DNA from: a virus
Direction: 5' to 3' (one strand)
Virus record (IMG/VR): IMGVR_UViG_3300020193_000003
Length of the DNA stretch: 64,000 nucleotides
Positions within the stretch are counted from its first letter, which is position 1; the number at the start of each line of letters is the position of its first letter. This document shows, in pieces, positions 47,279-55,876 of the stretch. Under the pieces are notes generated by a model that made no database searches, was not told the DNA's origin, and saw only the letters and a program-made list of their open reading frames with translations. The position numbers and the translations under genes were made by a program.

Positions 47279-47481
47279 GAGACGCGGACAAGACAGACCT
47301 CGACGAGAGGTTCGAGGCCATGGAGAAGCGCATTTCGGAGCTGGAGGCGCTCGTGGCGTCGCTCTCCCGACCGAAGGAGAAGAGCGACAAACCGCTGCCG
47401 GAGATGCCGAAGTTCGACTGGCGGAACAACCTGGGCATCGCCACCGTCTACGACATCTACAGCGGCAAGGCCAACCTCTAG
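47275..47481 (+). CDS. Small coiled-coil hypothetical protein (68 aa)
   Basis: GTGA overlap at 47275; LDERFEAMEKRISELEALV. Confidence 0.6.
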   Translation: MRDADKTDLDERFEAMEKRISELEALVASLSRPKEKSDKPLPEMPKFDWRNNLGIATVYDIYSGKANL

Positions 47482-48086
47482 GCGATCTCCCTCAGGGGGA
47501 GGAGGAAGCTTCCCGCCTCCCACATCAACCCGATCGAGGCGTACCCCATCACGTCCACGACATTGTCCGTGATCGACTCGTTCTTGGGGTCGTCGGTCGC
47601 ACCCCTCGCCACGAGGTTCTCGAGGCGCGCAACCTTGTCCTGGATCCTCACGATCAGCCCGACCCTGCCGAACCTCCTGATGTTTTCGTGGCCGTAGTCC
47701 ATCTGCTTCCTGACCAGAACCCCGTGAACGTGGTCGGCGATGTTGGTGCTCGACATCATGGACGCCGGGCACACCTGCGAACCGAACATCCTCGCGTAGA
47801 AACCCACCTGTCTCCACGCCTCGGTCACCGCGACGACGGGCGCTGAGTTGCGCGACACGATGCCGTTCTCGTTGAACTGCAGGTCTATGAGGGAGTTCAC
47901 GGAGCTCCTGAGCATCTTGAGCGTTCCGTCCACCCCGTAATCCTTCGTGTTGATCATCGGTCGGTAGTGATTGAGATTGAACGGCCTGCACACGTACTGC
48001 CCGCTCGCGTTGGGAAGGAACAGCAGGAGCGCGTTCATCGCGGCATCGTCCCATGTTGAAGCCGTCACCGGATCAAACCTATTCAA
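47478..48086 (-). CDS. Nucleotide-modification-associated domain 1 (DUF1599-like) protein
   Basis: KQMDYG...RIQDKVARLENL...ESITDNVVDVMGYA. Confidence 0.75.
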   Translation of the reverse strand: MNRFDPVTASTWDDAAMNALLLFLPNASGQYVCRPFNLNHYRPMINTKDYGVDGTLKMLRSSVNSLIDLQFNENGIVSRNSAPVVAVTEAWRQVGFYARMFGSQVCPASMMSSTNIADHVHGVLVRKQMDYGHENIRRFGRVGLIVRIQDKVARLENLVARGATDDPKNESITDNVVDVMGYASIGLMWEAGSFLLPLREIA

Positions 48087-49614
48087 GGACGGCCCCGTAC
48101 TTCCTCGCGATCCACTCCGCGACGGGGGCGGCGACGCCGTTGCCGCACTGCTTGTACCTGTGCGTGTCGCTGACTTCCTCGCCTTCGTCAGTCCACCTCG
48201 TGTGGTCCCTCGGCCATCCCATCAGCGCCTCGCACTCCGATGGCATGAGCCTCCTCACGACCATGTTCTGCACTACGCCGCTGGATTGCTTCGTCCCGGC
48301 GCGCAACGAGTGGTGGATCCCGCCGTCCACGAGCCTGTTGTTGTACTCGTCGTACGCGACGGCGCCGTCGGGCTCGATGACGAGATTCTCGCCGCGCGAC
48401 GACGGCACGCCGCCGTCACCGCCGGACCTGAGGGTCATGGCGAGACCGTCGTTGACGTCCGTGTGGGCCACGGCGTGGCCGGCGCCCCCGGTCCTGAGCG
48501 TCGGGAAGGCGATCTCGGACGGCTGGGCGTCGAGGCACTGGGTGTGGGAGAAACCGATTGCCTGTGCGACCATCGGGGTGTTCAGGCCACCCGTGCCCAT
48601 GAACGCCGTGAGCGTGTTCACCGTGTCCCCCTGCATCCTCACGCCGTCCTGCCGGTGCGCGTGGAAGACCATCGTCTCCGGGTACTCGTAGGCGACCAGG
48701 GTCTCGCTGCCACCGCCGATGTCCCCGCCGGCTGCGCGGAGGGTGCCGATCCCGTCTACATACTTGGAGAAGCTCGACTGCGTGAACACTTGGGCGCCCG
48801 ACACGACGAGATCGGTGGCGTCCTTGTGGTCGCGCGCCTTGATGGCGGAGGCTGTCTCGTCGGAGGCGTAGTCGCCGAAACCGCGCATCCTGAACCCCTC
48901 CTGGTCATGCTCGGTTTCTAGTCCGAAGTCGAGTTGCCCTTGTCCCGGTCCTGGTTCTTGTCCACGACCGCCTGCAGCGCCGCCTTCAGCCGGGGAGGAA
49001 GCGTCTTGTTTCTCCTTATCGCCCTTCTTAGAATGCCTGCGCAAGCCCTCGCCGACAGGTAATATCGGGAAGGTACTTCGCTCTGCGGCGCCAGAATCGA
49101 AGAGAGAACACACGAAGATGCGCCTTCGTCGCTGGGGGATTCCGAAGTGCTGCGCATCCAGCACTGCCCACTCGACAGCCACAGCCCCTGCGTCAGCCAT
49201 TTCGTCGAGGACGACCCCGAAGTCAGCGCCTTTGTTGGAGTTGAGGGCTCCTGGGACGTTCTCCCATATTGCCAGTCTTGGAAAAGTTCCGTTTGTTGCA
49301 TCGCGCATCTCCCTGATAATCCGCATTGCCTCGTGAAACAAACCGGACCGAGAACCAGTGAGACCAGCCCTCTTCCCGGCGACGGAAAGATCCTGGCATG
49401 GAGAGCCGAAGTTTATTGCGTCGACTGGCTCCAGCAACCTCCCGTTGACGTCCTTTACGTCGTAGTGCTTCGGAACGTCCGGCCAGTGCCTGCGGAGGAT
49501 CCGCTGGCACTGCTCGTCCCATTCCGCCTGCCATCGGCAACGCCAGCCGGCGGCCTCGAATCCGAGATCGAAGCCACCGACGCCGGCGAAAAGACTGCCG
49601 AAAGTCAGGGTCAG
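48079..49614 (-). CDS. C5 DNA cytosine methyltransferase (511 aa if it starts at CTG 49614)
   Basis: Motif I SLFAGVGGFDLG lies in frame upstream of the track start; IV GSPCQD; VI ENV; VIII PQRRRR; IX RRLMPSECEALMG; X YKQCGNGV. Confidence 0.9.
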   Translation of the reverse strand: MTLTFGSLFAGVGGFDLGFEAAGWRCRWQAEWDEQCQRILRRHWPDVPKHYDVKDVNGRLLEPVDAINFGSPCQDLSVAGKRAGLTGSRSGLFHEAMRIIREMRDATNGTFPRLAIWENVPGALNSNKGADFGVVLDEMADAGAVAVEWAVLDAQHFGIPQRRRRIFVCSLFDSGAAERSTFPILPVGEGLRRHSKKGDKEKQDASSPAEGGAAGGRGQEPGPGQGQLDFGLETEHDQEGFRMRGFGDYASDETASAIKARDHKDATDLVVSGAQVFTQSSFSKYVDGIGTLRAAGGDIGGGSETLVAYEYPETMVFHAHRQDGVRMQGDTVNTLTAFMGTGGLNTPMVAQAIGFSHTQCLDAQPSEIAFPTLRTGGAGHAVAHTDVNDGLAMTLRSGGDGGVPSSRGENLVIEPDGAVAYDEYNNRLVDGGIHHSLRAGTKQSSGVVQNMVVRRLMPSECEALMGWPRDHTRWTDEGEEVSDTHRYKQCGNGVAAPVAEWIARKYGAVLE

Positions 49615-50099
49615 AAGGGTTCTTCTCCGTCGAACGCAGGCTGGTTCGAGCCACCGACCCTCGCAGGTTGCTTGGACTGCGACGAGGTGGTGCCACGGAC
49701 ATTGCCGCGACCCTGCTCCTTGCCGTTGCCTTCGCCCTGTTGGCGCTGCTTGCGGTCAAACTTCTCGATGGAGCGGACCGAGATCCCGATCTCGTCGGCG
49801 AGCACGTGGATGGCCGAGCGCTTCTTGCCCGTCTCCTTGTCGTCCCAGCTCTCCTGCTCGAGGCGGCCGGTCACGGTGACCCGGACTCCCTTGGCGAGGA
49901 TTCCGGCGCCGTCCTCGGCGAGGTTCCTCCAGGCGACGACGTTGAAGAAAGAGGTCTTCTCCTGCTTCTCGCCCTTGGCGTCGGTCCAGTAGTTGTTTAC
50001 CGCGACCGAGAACTGCAGCTTGGCAGTCCCCGAATCGAAGTACCTCACCTCGGGGTCGGCCGTGAGGTTTCCGGTGATTGTTACAGGCGCTAGTGACAT
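49611..50099 (-). CDS. ssb: Single-stranded DNA-binding protein
   Basis: VTITGNLTADPEVRY...FFNVVAWRNLAE...VTGRLEQ; acidic tail DGEEPF; GAGGAGG RBS before ATG 50099. Confidence 0.95.
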   Translation of the reverse strand: MSLAPVTITGNLTADPEVRYFDSGTAKLQFSVAVNNYWTDAKGEKQEKTSFFNVVAWRNLAEDGAGILAKGVRVTVTGRLEQESWDDKETGKKRSAIHVLADEIGISVRSIEKFDRKQRQQGEGNGKEQGRGNVRGTTSSQSKQPARVGGSNQPAFDGEEPF

Positions 50100-50138
50100 G
50101 TCAGTATCCTCCTCGTGTCGGTTGAATTCGCCACTCGC

Positions 50139-50187
50139 AGCATACCACCTCCGGCGGTTTGCGTCAAGGACAATCCCGTGATAGTCT
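50139..50187. promoter_or_regulatory. Overlapping divergent sigma70/SigA-type promoters
   Basis: Minus strand TTGACG-N17-TATGCT (towards ssb); plus strand TTGCGT-N17-TAGTCT ending 7 nt before ATG 50195. Confidence 0.65.
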
Positions 50188-50194
50188 GATGGGT

Positions 50195-50473
50195 ATGAAC
50201 GCTGGCCCAATGACGCCCGAAAAGGCGCGACTGTACGTGATCGACCAACTCCAGGACGCCATCTTCGAGATGTCGTTTGACCCCGAGGCGGCCGAGTCCG
50301 AGCAGCAGGAGTTCTTCGATCGTTGCGGAGACGTGGCTCGAGGCATCATTGAGCTCACCCAGGCCGAAGTCACGGCTGTGGACGAGGACGGCAACGCCCA
50401 CCTGAAGTTCTTGCTCGCGCACCTGACCGACGGGAAGATACCGCCCAGGGACGGCAAAAAGGTAGCCTCCTGA
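50195..50473 (+). CDS. Hypothetical protein
   Basis: Acidic ORF with a probable leaderless start at 50195. Confidence 0.6.
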   Translation: MNAGPMTPEKARLYVIDQLQDAIFEMSFDPEAAESEQQEFFDRCGDVARGIIELTQAEVTAVDEDGNAHLKFLLAHLTDGKIPPRDGKKVAS

Positions 50474-50484
50474 TTTCCCCCGCA

Positions 50485-50721
50485 GTGAAGGACGAGAACA
50501 GCCTTGATCCGGCTTTCGTCAAATCGGAATTGGACGAAGCGGAAAAGAAGATCAACAACATCGTCTGCGAACATCACTGGTTCGCGTCGGAGTTCGCTTT
50601 GTATTCGCCACTACACCCCAACGGCGGAGAAGAGGACGAGTTTCTTCACGCCCTCGGAATGGCTCACGATTGGCTGAGACAGGCGATGGTTTACTACGAC
50701 GAAATGCACGAAGACGAATAG
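50485..50721 (+). CDS. Hypothetical acidic protein (78 aa)
   Basis: Fills the gap up to the tmRNA 3' end. Confidence 0.55.
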   Translation: MKDENSLDPAFVKSELDEAEKKINNIVCEHHWFASEFALYSPLHPNGGEEDEFLHALGMAHDWLRQAMVYYDEMHEDE

Positions 50722-51101
50722 TGGAGCTGGGGGGAATCGAACCCCCGTCCGAGCGGATACCGAAGAGATTGCTACGACCGTTCCCGTTTCGGCGCTGACG
50801 CTGCGTCGCCGACGGGTCGGCCGCCTAGTCGCCTAGGCCGCGTCCCGTCTTTCCGGGATGTCGTCGGGCTTTCGTTCCCCGAGGTCAACGGTCTTTCCCG
50901 TCGTCGTCCCCGCTTCTGTTGCCGGGCTGCGGTGGATCGGCCCCGTGTGACCTTGCGGCTCACGAGTGCTCTCCTACCGCTTGATTAGGCGGCGAGAGCG
51001 AACTGCTTGTTGGCAGTTGTTTGGTTGCCCTGTTTTGCGAGTCTGAGCAACTCGGGTCGCACCCTCCACGGACAGACCGATCGTCGAAACCTGTCAGCCC
51101 C
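50722..51101 (-). ncRNA. ssrA: tmRNA, tag peptide (A)ANKQFALAA
   Basis: 5' GGGGCTGACAGGTTTCGAC; 3' GGACGGGGGTTCGATTCCCCCCAGCTCCA; tag frame 51014-50985; TATAAT upstream at 51123-51118. Confidence 0.95.
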
Positions 51102-51158
51102 TTGAGATTGCGTCTTCATTATAGCGCATTGTCTATATTGAGTTTCCCCGCGGTGGGA

Positions 51159-53102
51159 TCACTTGTCGCCCAGTCCCCTCTCCAGCAGCGACATCACCAG
51201 CTGCTCGACGCCCTCCCTCTCCAGTTCGTCCGTGGTTCCGTCCACGGCGGCGTTGACGATCTCGCGCTTCGACTCGATCAGCCTGTAGATCCTCTCGTCC
51301 ACGGTTCCGTCGGCGATCGAGTAGGTGACCATCACGGACCCCTTCTGGCCGAGCCTGTGGCATCGGGAGTAGAGCTGGTCGACGTCGGCGGGCGTCCACG
51401 GAAGCTCCACGAAAAGGACCTTCTGCGCGGCGGTGAGCGTGTGGCCCGTCTTCGCAGCCTGGATGGACAGCACGATGGCCGGGGCCTCCTCGACTGGGAG
51501 CGTCTGGAACTTCCTCTTCGCCTCCTCCACCTCCTCCACCTTCATGCCGCCCTGGATCTTGAGACCGCCGAACTCGGCGGCCAGCTCGTCAACGACGTCC
51601 CTGTGGTGGGCGGCGATGACGACCTTCTGGCCGGCCTCGATGTTCGCCTGCACCCACTCCTTGATGGATTCCATCTTCGCCTTGGCGGCGAGCCTGCGGA
51701 GCACGGAGACCTTCACGAGGTGCAGGTGCGACTCCGTCCTCATCTTGGCCGCGACGGCGGCGGACCTCGGGGACTTGCCGAGCTCCCTGGCGATCTCCTT
51801 GGCCCTCTCGACGAGGTACTCGACGATGTCGTCCTCGGCCTTGGCGTACTCCTTGGCGTGCTTCTCGCTCATGCCCACGTGGTACATGTCGTGAACCACG
51901 TCGGGGAGCTCCGCGAGCACCTGGTCCTTGGTCCTCCTGATGTAGCACGACGACCGGAGCCTGTCGTTGAGCTCCTCGAGGTTGGACGCGCCGCTGAGGA
52001 TCCAGTGGCCGAACTTGTCCTTGAACGCGTCGCAGTAGCGGCGGTAGAAACCCCACTCTCCGCCGAGCTCGTCCAGTCGCCCGATTATGCCGAGCTGGCT
52101 GGCGTACTCCATGGGCCTGTTGGTCACCGGGGTCCCCGTCAGGCACAGGACAATACCCGTGCCTATTCGCTTGGCTATCTTCGTCGCCGCCCTGGTTCGC
52201 TGCGCCTCCTTCGTCTTCAGGTAGTGGGACTCGTCGCAGATGAGGCTCTGGTAATCGATCAGGGCCCTCACCCAGTGGTGGATGTTTGAGTACCCGAGGA
52301 CGAGAACGTCGTGCTTCTCCTCCGGGAAGTTCTTCCTGTCGGTGACCACGGAGACGCTGCGATGCGGAGCCCACCTCGCGTACTCGGCCTTCCAGTTCAG
52401 GACGAGGTTCGGGGGGCAAACGACCACGACCGGGAACACCGAGCACCCGTTCTGCTCGGCGTATTCCAGCGTCGCTATCGCCTGGAGCGTCTTGCCGAGC
52501 CCCATGTCGTCCGCGATGAAGCACCGGCGGGCGTTGAACGCGTAGCTGACGCCCGCCAACTGGTAGGGGAGCAGCTTGCCCTTGATGCCGTCTATCTTGA
52601 TGTCGGCCGACTCGGCCCTTGACGCCTCGTTCATCGTCTTGCTCTCAAGTTTCCGGGACTCTGCGTACGCGCGCAGGTAGACGGGCACGCCCATCTTGAA
52701 CGACTCGGCGAACCCTATGACCTCCATGGCCGAGCTCATCGGGACCTTCCATGCCTTCGTATCCGAGTTCCACGTGACGCCAGGGATCTTCTTGACCTGC
52801 CGCACCTTCACCTCGTCCCAACCGAAGTCGATGTACGCCCAGTTGTCGGTGCATGTTATTCCGCCCGGGTCGTGGAGCCGGCTCGGTGCGTCGAACCTCA
52901 TGACCGCTGGGTCAATCCTGAACCCCCTCGCGGAGGCGAAGTCCCTCGCCTCCCGGATGCTCGTGGCGGGGAAACGCCAGACCTTGCCGACCTTGTCCCA
53001 GCGCGCCCCCCGGATGCACTTGACCGCCTGCACGTCGGACGCGTCGTAGGGGAAGTCCATCACGAGCTCGCCGTCCCCGAGCCACAGGTACTTCTGGCTC
53101 AC
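51159..53102 (-). CDS. SNF2-family (SMARCAL1/HARP-like) helicase/ATPase
   Basis: ADDMGLGKT, DESH, LTGTP, SRCHRLGQ; two N-terminal W-rich HARP-like repeats; GTGA overlap with whiB gives the start at 53102. Confidence 0.9.
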   Translation of the reverse strand: MSQKYLWLGDGELVMDFPYDASDVQAVKCIRGARWDKVGKVWRFPATSIREARDFASARGFRIDPAVMRFDAPSRLHDPGGITCTDNWAYIDFGWDEVKVRQVKKIPGVTWNSDTKAWKVPMSSAMEVIGFAESFKMGVPVYLRAYAESRKLESKTMNEASRAESADIKIDGIKGKLLPYQLAGVSYAFNARRCFIADDMGLGKTLQAIATLEYAEQNGCSVFPVVVVCPPNLVLNWKAEYARWAPHRSVSVVTDRKNFPEEKHDVLVLGYSNIHHWVRALIDYQSLICDESHYLKTKEAQRTRAATKIAKRIGTGIVLCLTGTPVTNRPMEYASQLGIIGRLDELGGEWGFYRRYCDAFKDKFGHWILSGASNLEELNDRLRSSCYIRRTKDQVLAELPDVVHDMYHVGMSEKHAKEYAKAEDDIVEYLVERAKEIARELGKSPRSAAVAAKMRTESHLHLVKVSVLRRLAAKAKMESIKEWVQANIEAGQKVVIAAHHRDVVDELAAEFGGLKIQGGMKVEEVEEAKRKFQTLPVEEAPAIVLSIQAAKTGHTLTAAQKVLFVELPWTPADVDQLYSRCHRLGQKGSVMVTYSIADGTVDERIYRLIESKREIVNAAVDGTTDELEREGVEQLVMSLLERGLGDK

Positions 53103-53347
53103 GCCGCCGACCTCTTGGCCTTCTTCTTGATTCGCTTGCGCTCGCTCTCGGTCTTGCCTCCCCATATGCCGTGCTCTATGTCGTTGTCGAGGGCGTACTG
53201 GAGGCACTTCTTGCGGACGAAGCAGATCGAGCACGCCTGCAGGGCCTTCTTCGGTTTCTTCCTGCCGATCGGGAAGAAGTCGTCCGTCTGCGGGATCGTC
53301 GCACACCTTGCTTTGCGTCGCCAGGACTCGCCTGATATGTGGATCAT
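53099..53347 (-). CDS. whiB: WhiB-family Fe-S transcription factor
   Basis: W...C...FFP...CSIC...C...GIWGG...ER; AAGGAG RBS before ATG 53347. Confidence 0.92.
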   Translation of the reverse strand: MIHISGESWRRKARCATIPQTDDFFPIGRKKPKKALQACSICFVRKKCLQYALDNDIEHGIWGGKTESERKRIKKKAKRSAA

Positions 53348-53376
53348 GTAGGTACTCCTTGTAAGTAGCAAGGTGC

Positions 53377-53420
53377 AGACTACGGCGCGTCTGGACGAAT
53401 TGCAACCTCCGGGGTAAAAT
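53377..53420. promoter_or_regulatory. Divergent promoters for the whiB-helicase operon and thioredoxin
   Basis: Minus strand TTGCAA-N17-TAGTCT; plus strand TGGACG-N17-TAAAAT ending 6 nt before ATG 53427. Confidence 0.65.
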
Positions 53421-53426
53421 TTCATC

Positions 53427-53744
53427 ATGAGGAAGATAGACGAGGCGGAGTTCAACGAGCTGGTGGCCCAGGGCGGGCCGATGGTCGTGGACATGTGGGC
53501 CGAGTGGTGCGGGCCGTGCAGGGTCATGGGACCGATGCTTGACAACATTTCCCGAGCCTACGAGGGGTCGGTCGCCTTCTACAAGTGCAACGTCGACGAG
53601 AACCCCCAGCTGGCGAGGCGCTTCAATGTGATGAGCATCCCGACGCTGCTCATGTTCCGCGACGGCAGGAAGGTCTCGTCGATCGTCGGAGCCACCGGCC
53701 CGGACAGGGTCGTGTCGGCGGTTGACGAAGCATTCGGGGACTGA
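53427..53744 (+). CDS. trxA: Thioredoxin
   Basis: WAEWCGPC active site; SIPTL. Confidence 0.95.
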   Translation: MRKIDEAEFNELVAQGGPMVVDMWAEWCGPCRVMGPMLDNISRAYEGSVAFYKCNVDENPQLARRFNVMSIPTLLMFRDGRKVSSIVGATGPDRVVSAVDEAFGD

Positions 53745-53745
53745 C

Positions 53746-53822
53746 TGGCGTCCTCGGCAGGAGTCGAACCTGCGACCTGCGGCTTAGGAAGCCGTCGCTC
53801 TATCCAGCTGAGCTACGAGGAC
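53746..53822 (-). tRNA. tRNA-Arg(CCT), reads AGG
   Basis: 77-nt cloverleaf GTCCTCGTAGCTCAGCTGGATAGAGC...TTCCTAA...GGTTCGACTCC...GAGGACGCCA with encoded CCA. Confidence 0.93.
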
Positions 53823-53843
53823 AGAACTACGTCGACGTAGTAT

Positions 53844-53896
53844 GAAGTCGGCCCCCGGGGTCGGAAAAGGGAGGGAGATCCCAGGGGCCGAACTTC
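53844..53896 (-). terminator. Hairpin downstream of the XRE gene
   Basis: Imperfect inverted repeat gaagtcggcccccggg / cccaggggccgaacttc. Confidence 0.45.
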
Positions 53897-53903
53897 AACT
53901 CGG

Positions 53904-54128
53904 TTAGATTCCCCTGAGGAACGCCGAGAGCTTGGTGCCCAGCGCCGAGCAGAGACGGGTGAGCGTCTCGAGGCTGGGCGAGAAGTGTCCGCACTCAATT
54001 CGGTTGATCGTCTTGCGCTCGACGCCGGCGGCGTCGGCGAGGGCGTTCTGCGACATGGCCGCCTTCTGTCGGGCCGAGCGGAGTCGCTTGGCGACCTCTT
54101 TCTCGACGATGCTGATGGTTTTCTTCAT
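53904..54128 (-). CDS. XRE-family HTH regulator (74 aa)
   Basis: LRSARQKAAMSQNALADAAGVERKTINRIECG...PSLETL; AGGAGG RBS. Confidence 0.9.
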   Translation of the reverse strand: MKKTISIVEKEVAKRLRSARQKAAMSQNALADAAGVERKTINRIECGHFSPSLETLTRLCSALGTKLSAFLRGI

Positions 54129-54148
54129 GTTGGTCCTCCTGACCTTGG

Positions 54149-54448
54149 TTATATTGCTCCTTCGTTCACCACGGAGATGTCTCCCCCGCGGTGAGCGTAC
54201 TGGTACATCGCAGCGCCTATGGTGTGGCAGTAGTCGCCTCGCGTGAATGTGATTCCGTCGCCGCGGTAGGTCGCGGACTTCTCGCCCGACTCGCCCCACT
54301 TGGCGGGCGCGGCGTCCCACACGACGTACGGCATGAAGTCGTTCCACCTGATGCACAGGACGAGCCACCCGTCCTCCCTCGCCGTGAAGGCCACGATCGT
54401 TGCCCGTTGCTTCTCGAGCGGCATGCCGACCCTCATGATCTGACTCAT
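54149..54448 (-). CDS. Hypothetical protein
   Basis: ATGA-coupled start MSQIMRVG after AGGAG. Confidence 0.6.
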   Translation of the reverse strand: MSQIMRVGMPLEKQRATIVAFTAREDGWLVLCIRWNDFMPYVVWDAAPAKWGESGEKSATYRGDGITFTRGDYCHTIGAAMYQYAHRGGDISVVNEGAI

Positions 54449-54693
54449 CGCTCCTCCTGGACGGTCGCCTCGGCGAGGTAGCCACAACCGTTGCCCTCGG
54501 GGTCGGCCATCGGCACGAAGGCCGTTCCGTCCTCGAACTCCACGACGACGGCGAACGCCTGGTGGTCGTAGGTCCACCCCATCTCGTGGCACTCAAGGCG
54601 CGTCAGGGGTCGGACCCGGGCGATTTTCTTGCCCGCCATCCACCCGTAGGCCTTGGAGACGAGCTCGTTTCGGGCGTCGATCTTCGTCGTCAT
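54445..54693 (-). CDS. Hypothetical phage protein
   Basis: ATGA-coupled start MTTKIDAR; ends ...PMADPEGNGCG... Confidence 0.65.
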   Translation of the reverse strand: MTTKIDARNELVSKAYGWMAGKKIARVRPLTRLECHEMGWTYDHQAFAVVVEFEDGTAFVPMADPEGNGCGYLAEATVQEER

Positions 54694-55091
54694 AGGGTCT
54701 CCCCATCTGCGACGAGGTAGGTCTTGTAGAACGAACCCGAGCCCTTGGCGGTGACCACCCATCCGAGGATCCGCGTCTTGTCGCCGTGGGTGTACAACTT
54801 CAACGAGTTGCGCAGGTAAATGCGACCCTTCCTGGTGATGTTGGTGTCGGTGAGCTCCTCGTACACGGTCCAGACGGCCCCGCGCTCGTTGAGCACGAAA
54901 CGCATCCTGGCGTCCACGCCCTCCATGTGACGGAACCGGTCGAGGGTCGCCTCGGTCGGATTGCCGTCGTCGCCGCGCTCGAACTCGTTCAGCTGACCAA
55001 TCGGGCCCCACTCGGCGCGCAGGTCGGCGAGCGTCCCCACGCCGTCGGCGTGCTGGCTCATGAACTCGGCGGTCTCGGTCCTAACGGTCAT
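54690..55091 (-). CDS. Hypothetical protein (133 aa)
   Basis: Member of a tightly packed operon. Confidence 0.6.
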   Translation of the reverse strand: MTVRTETAEFMSQHADGVGTLADLRAEWGPIGQLNEFERGDDGNPTEATLDRFRHMEGVDARMRFVLNERGAVWTVYEELTDTNITRKGRIYLRNSLKLYTHGDKTRILGWVVTAKGSGSFYKTYLVADGETL

Positions 55092-55094
55092 CGC

Positions 55095-55151
55095 TCAGGT
55101 CCAGAGCCAGGTCATGAAACCGCAGAACGCGAAGAAGGAGAGCTCCCACAT
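55095..55151 (-). CDS. 18-aa hydrophobic micropeptide MWELSFFAFCGFMTWLWT
   Basis: TGATG coupling; paralog at 61986-62042. Confidence 0.6.
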   Translation of the reverse strand: MWELSFFAFCGFMTWLWT

Positions 55152-55564
55152 CAGGCGTCAACCTTGGTCTCGAGCTGGGTCACCATCACGGACACGACGG
55201 TTGTGGCCTCGCTGGCCTGGTCCACCGTCGCCTGGTCGATCACGTTCATCAGGAGGGCGCTTGCGACCAACTTCTGGTCGACCTCCTCCACGACGAGCTT
55301 CTTGAGCACCGCCGGCTTGACGAGCTTGCGGAGCTTGTCCAGGATGATCTTGGTGCGGACCGTGCGGCGCACGAACACCTTGGACGAGAGGCCGGCGTCG
55401 TCGGTGATGACCGAGAACTCCACGCCCTCCTTGGCGCACGCCTCGATGAAGTTCTGCTCGGCGAGCTTCTTGGCCTTGACCGCCTCGTCGTAGCACGACT
55501 TCGCTTCGGCGAACGCGCGGGCCGCCTGCATCGCGCTGGCTGGCTTCTTCTGCTTGTCTTTCAT
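55151..55564 (-). CDS. Hypothetical protein (137 aa)
   Basis: AAGGAG RBS before ATG 55564; first gene after a TTGCAA promoter. Confidence 0.7.
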   Translation of the reverse strand: MKDKQKKPASAMQAARAFAEAKSCYDEAVKAKKLAEQNFIEACAKEGVEFSVITDDAGLSSKVFVRRTVRTKIILDKLRKLVKPAVLKKLVVEEVDQKLVASALLMNVIDQATVDQASEATTVVSVMVTQLETKVDA

Positions 55565-55602
55565 GTCTTCTCCTTGGTAGGTAGTTGGATAACTTATGGG
55601 AC

Positions 55603-55631
55603 ACACTACGGACCCACGGGTGGTATTGCAA
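55603..55631 (-). promoter_or_regulatory. Promoter TTGCAA-N17-TAGTGT
   Basis: Exact 17-nt spacing; same family as the sites at 53377, 62972, 63783 and 63847. Confidence 0.7.
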
Positions 55632-55876
55632 CCCCAATCGCAAGTTTTTTCAAATGGCTACGCAGAAATTGCCGTGACATGAGTCACATCATTTTTACCG
55701 AACGTTCGTCCGTTCATGTCGTCAGATATAGGTGAGACGTCGGGGGCGGCGCCTTTCCCGTCCTCGGCGTCTCGTGAAGCCTTTCACTTGCGTTCGTTGC
55801 GTTTGGAACCACGAAACGGTAGTGCCTGGGGAGCCGAAACGGGAGCGTCACCGAGAGACGGGCATCCCCACCGATA

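Noticed and set aside
42959-53548. ORF-track starts for the capsid gene (42959), ssb (50210), helicase (53405) and whiB (53548)
   Set aside because: Downstream starts have a clear RBS or stop/start coupling, and the extensions overlap promoters or other genes.
50722-53822. tmRNA or tRNA as a prophage attachment site marking a host/phage junction
   Set aside because: Phage-type genes lie on both sides, and I saw no integrase or duplicated 3' fragment.
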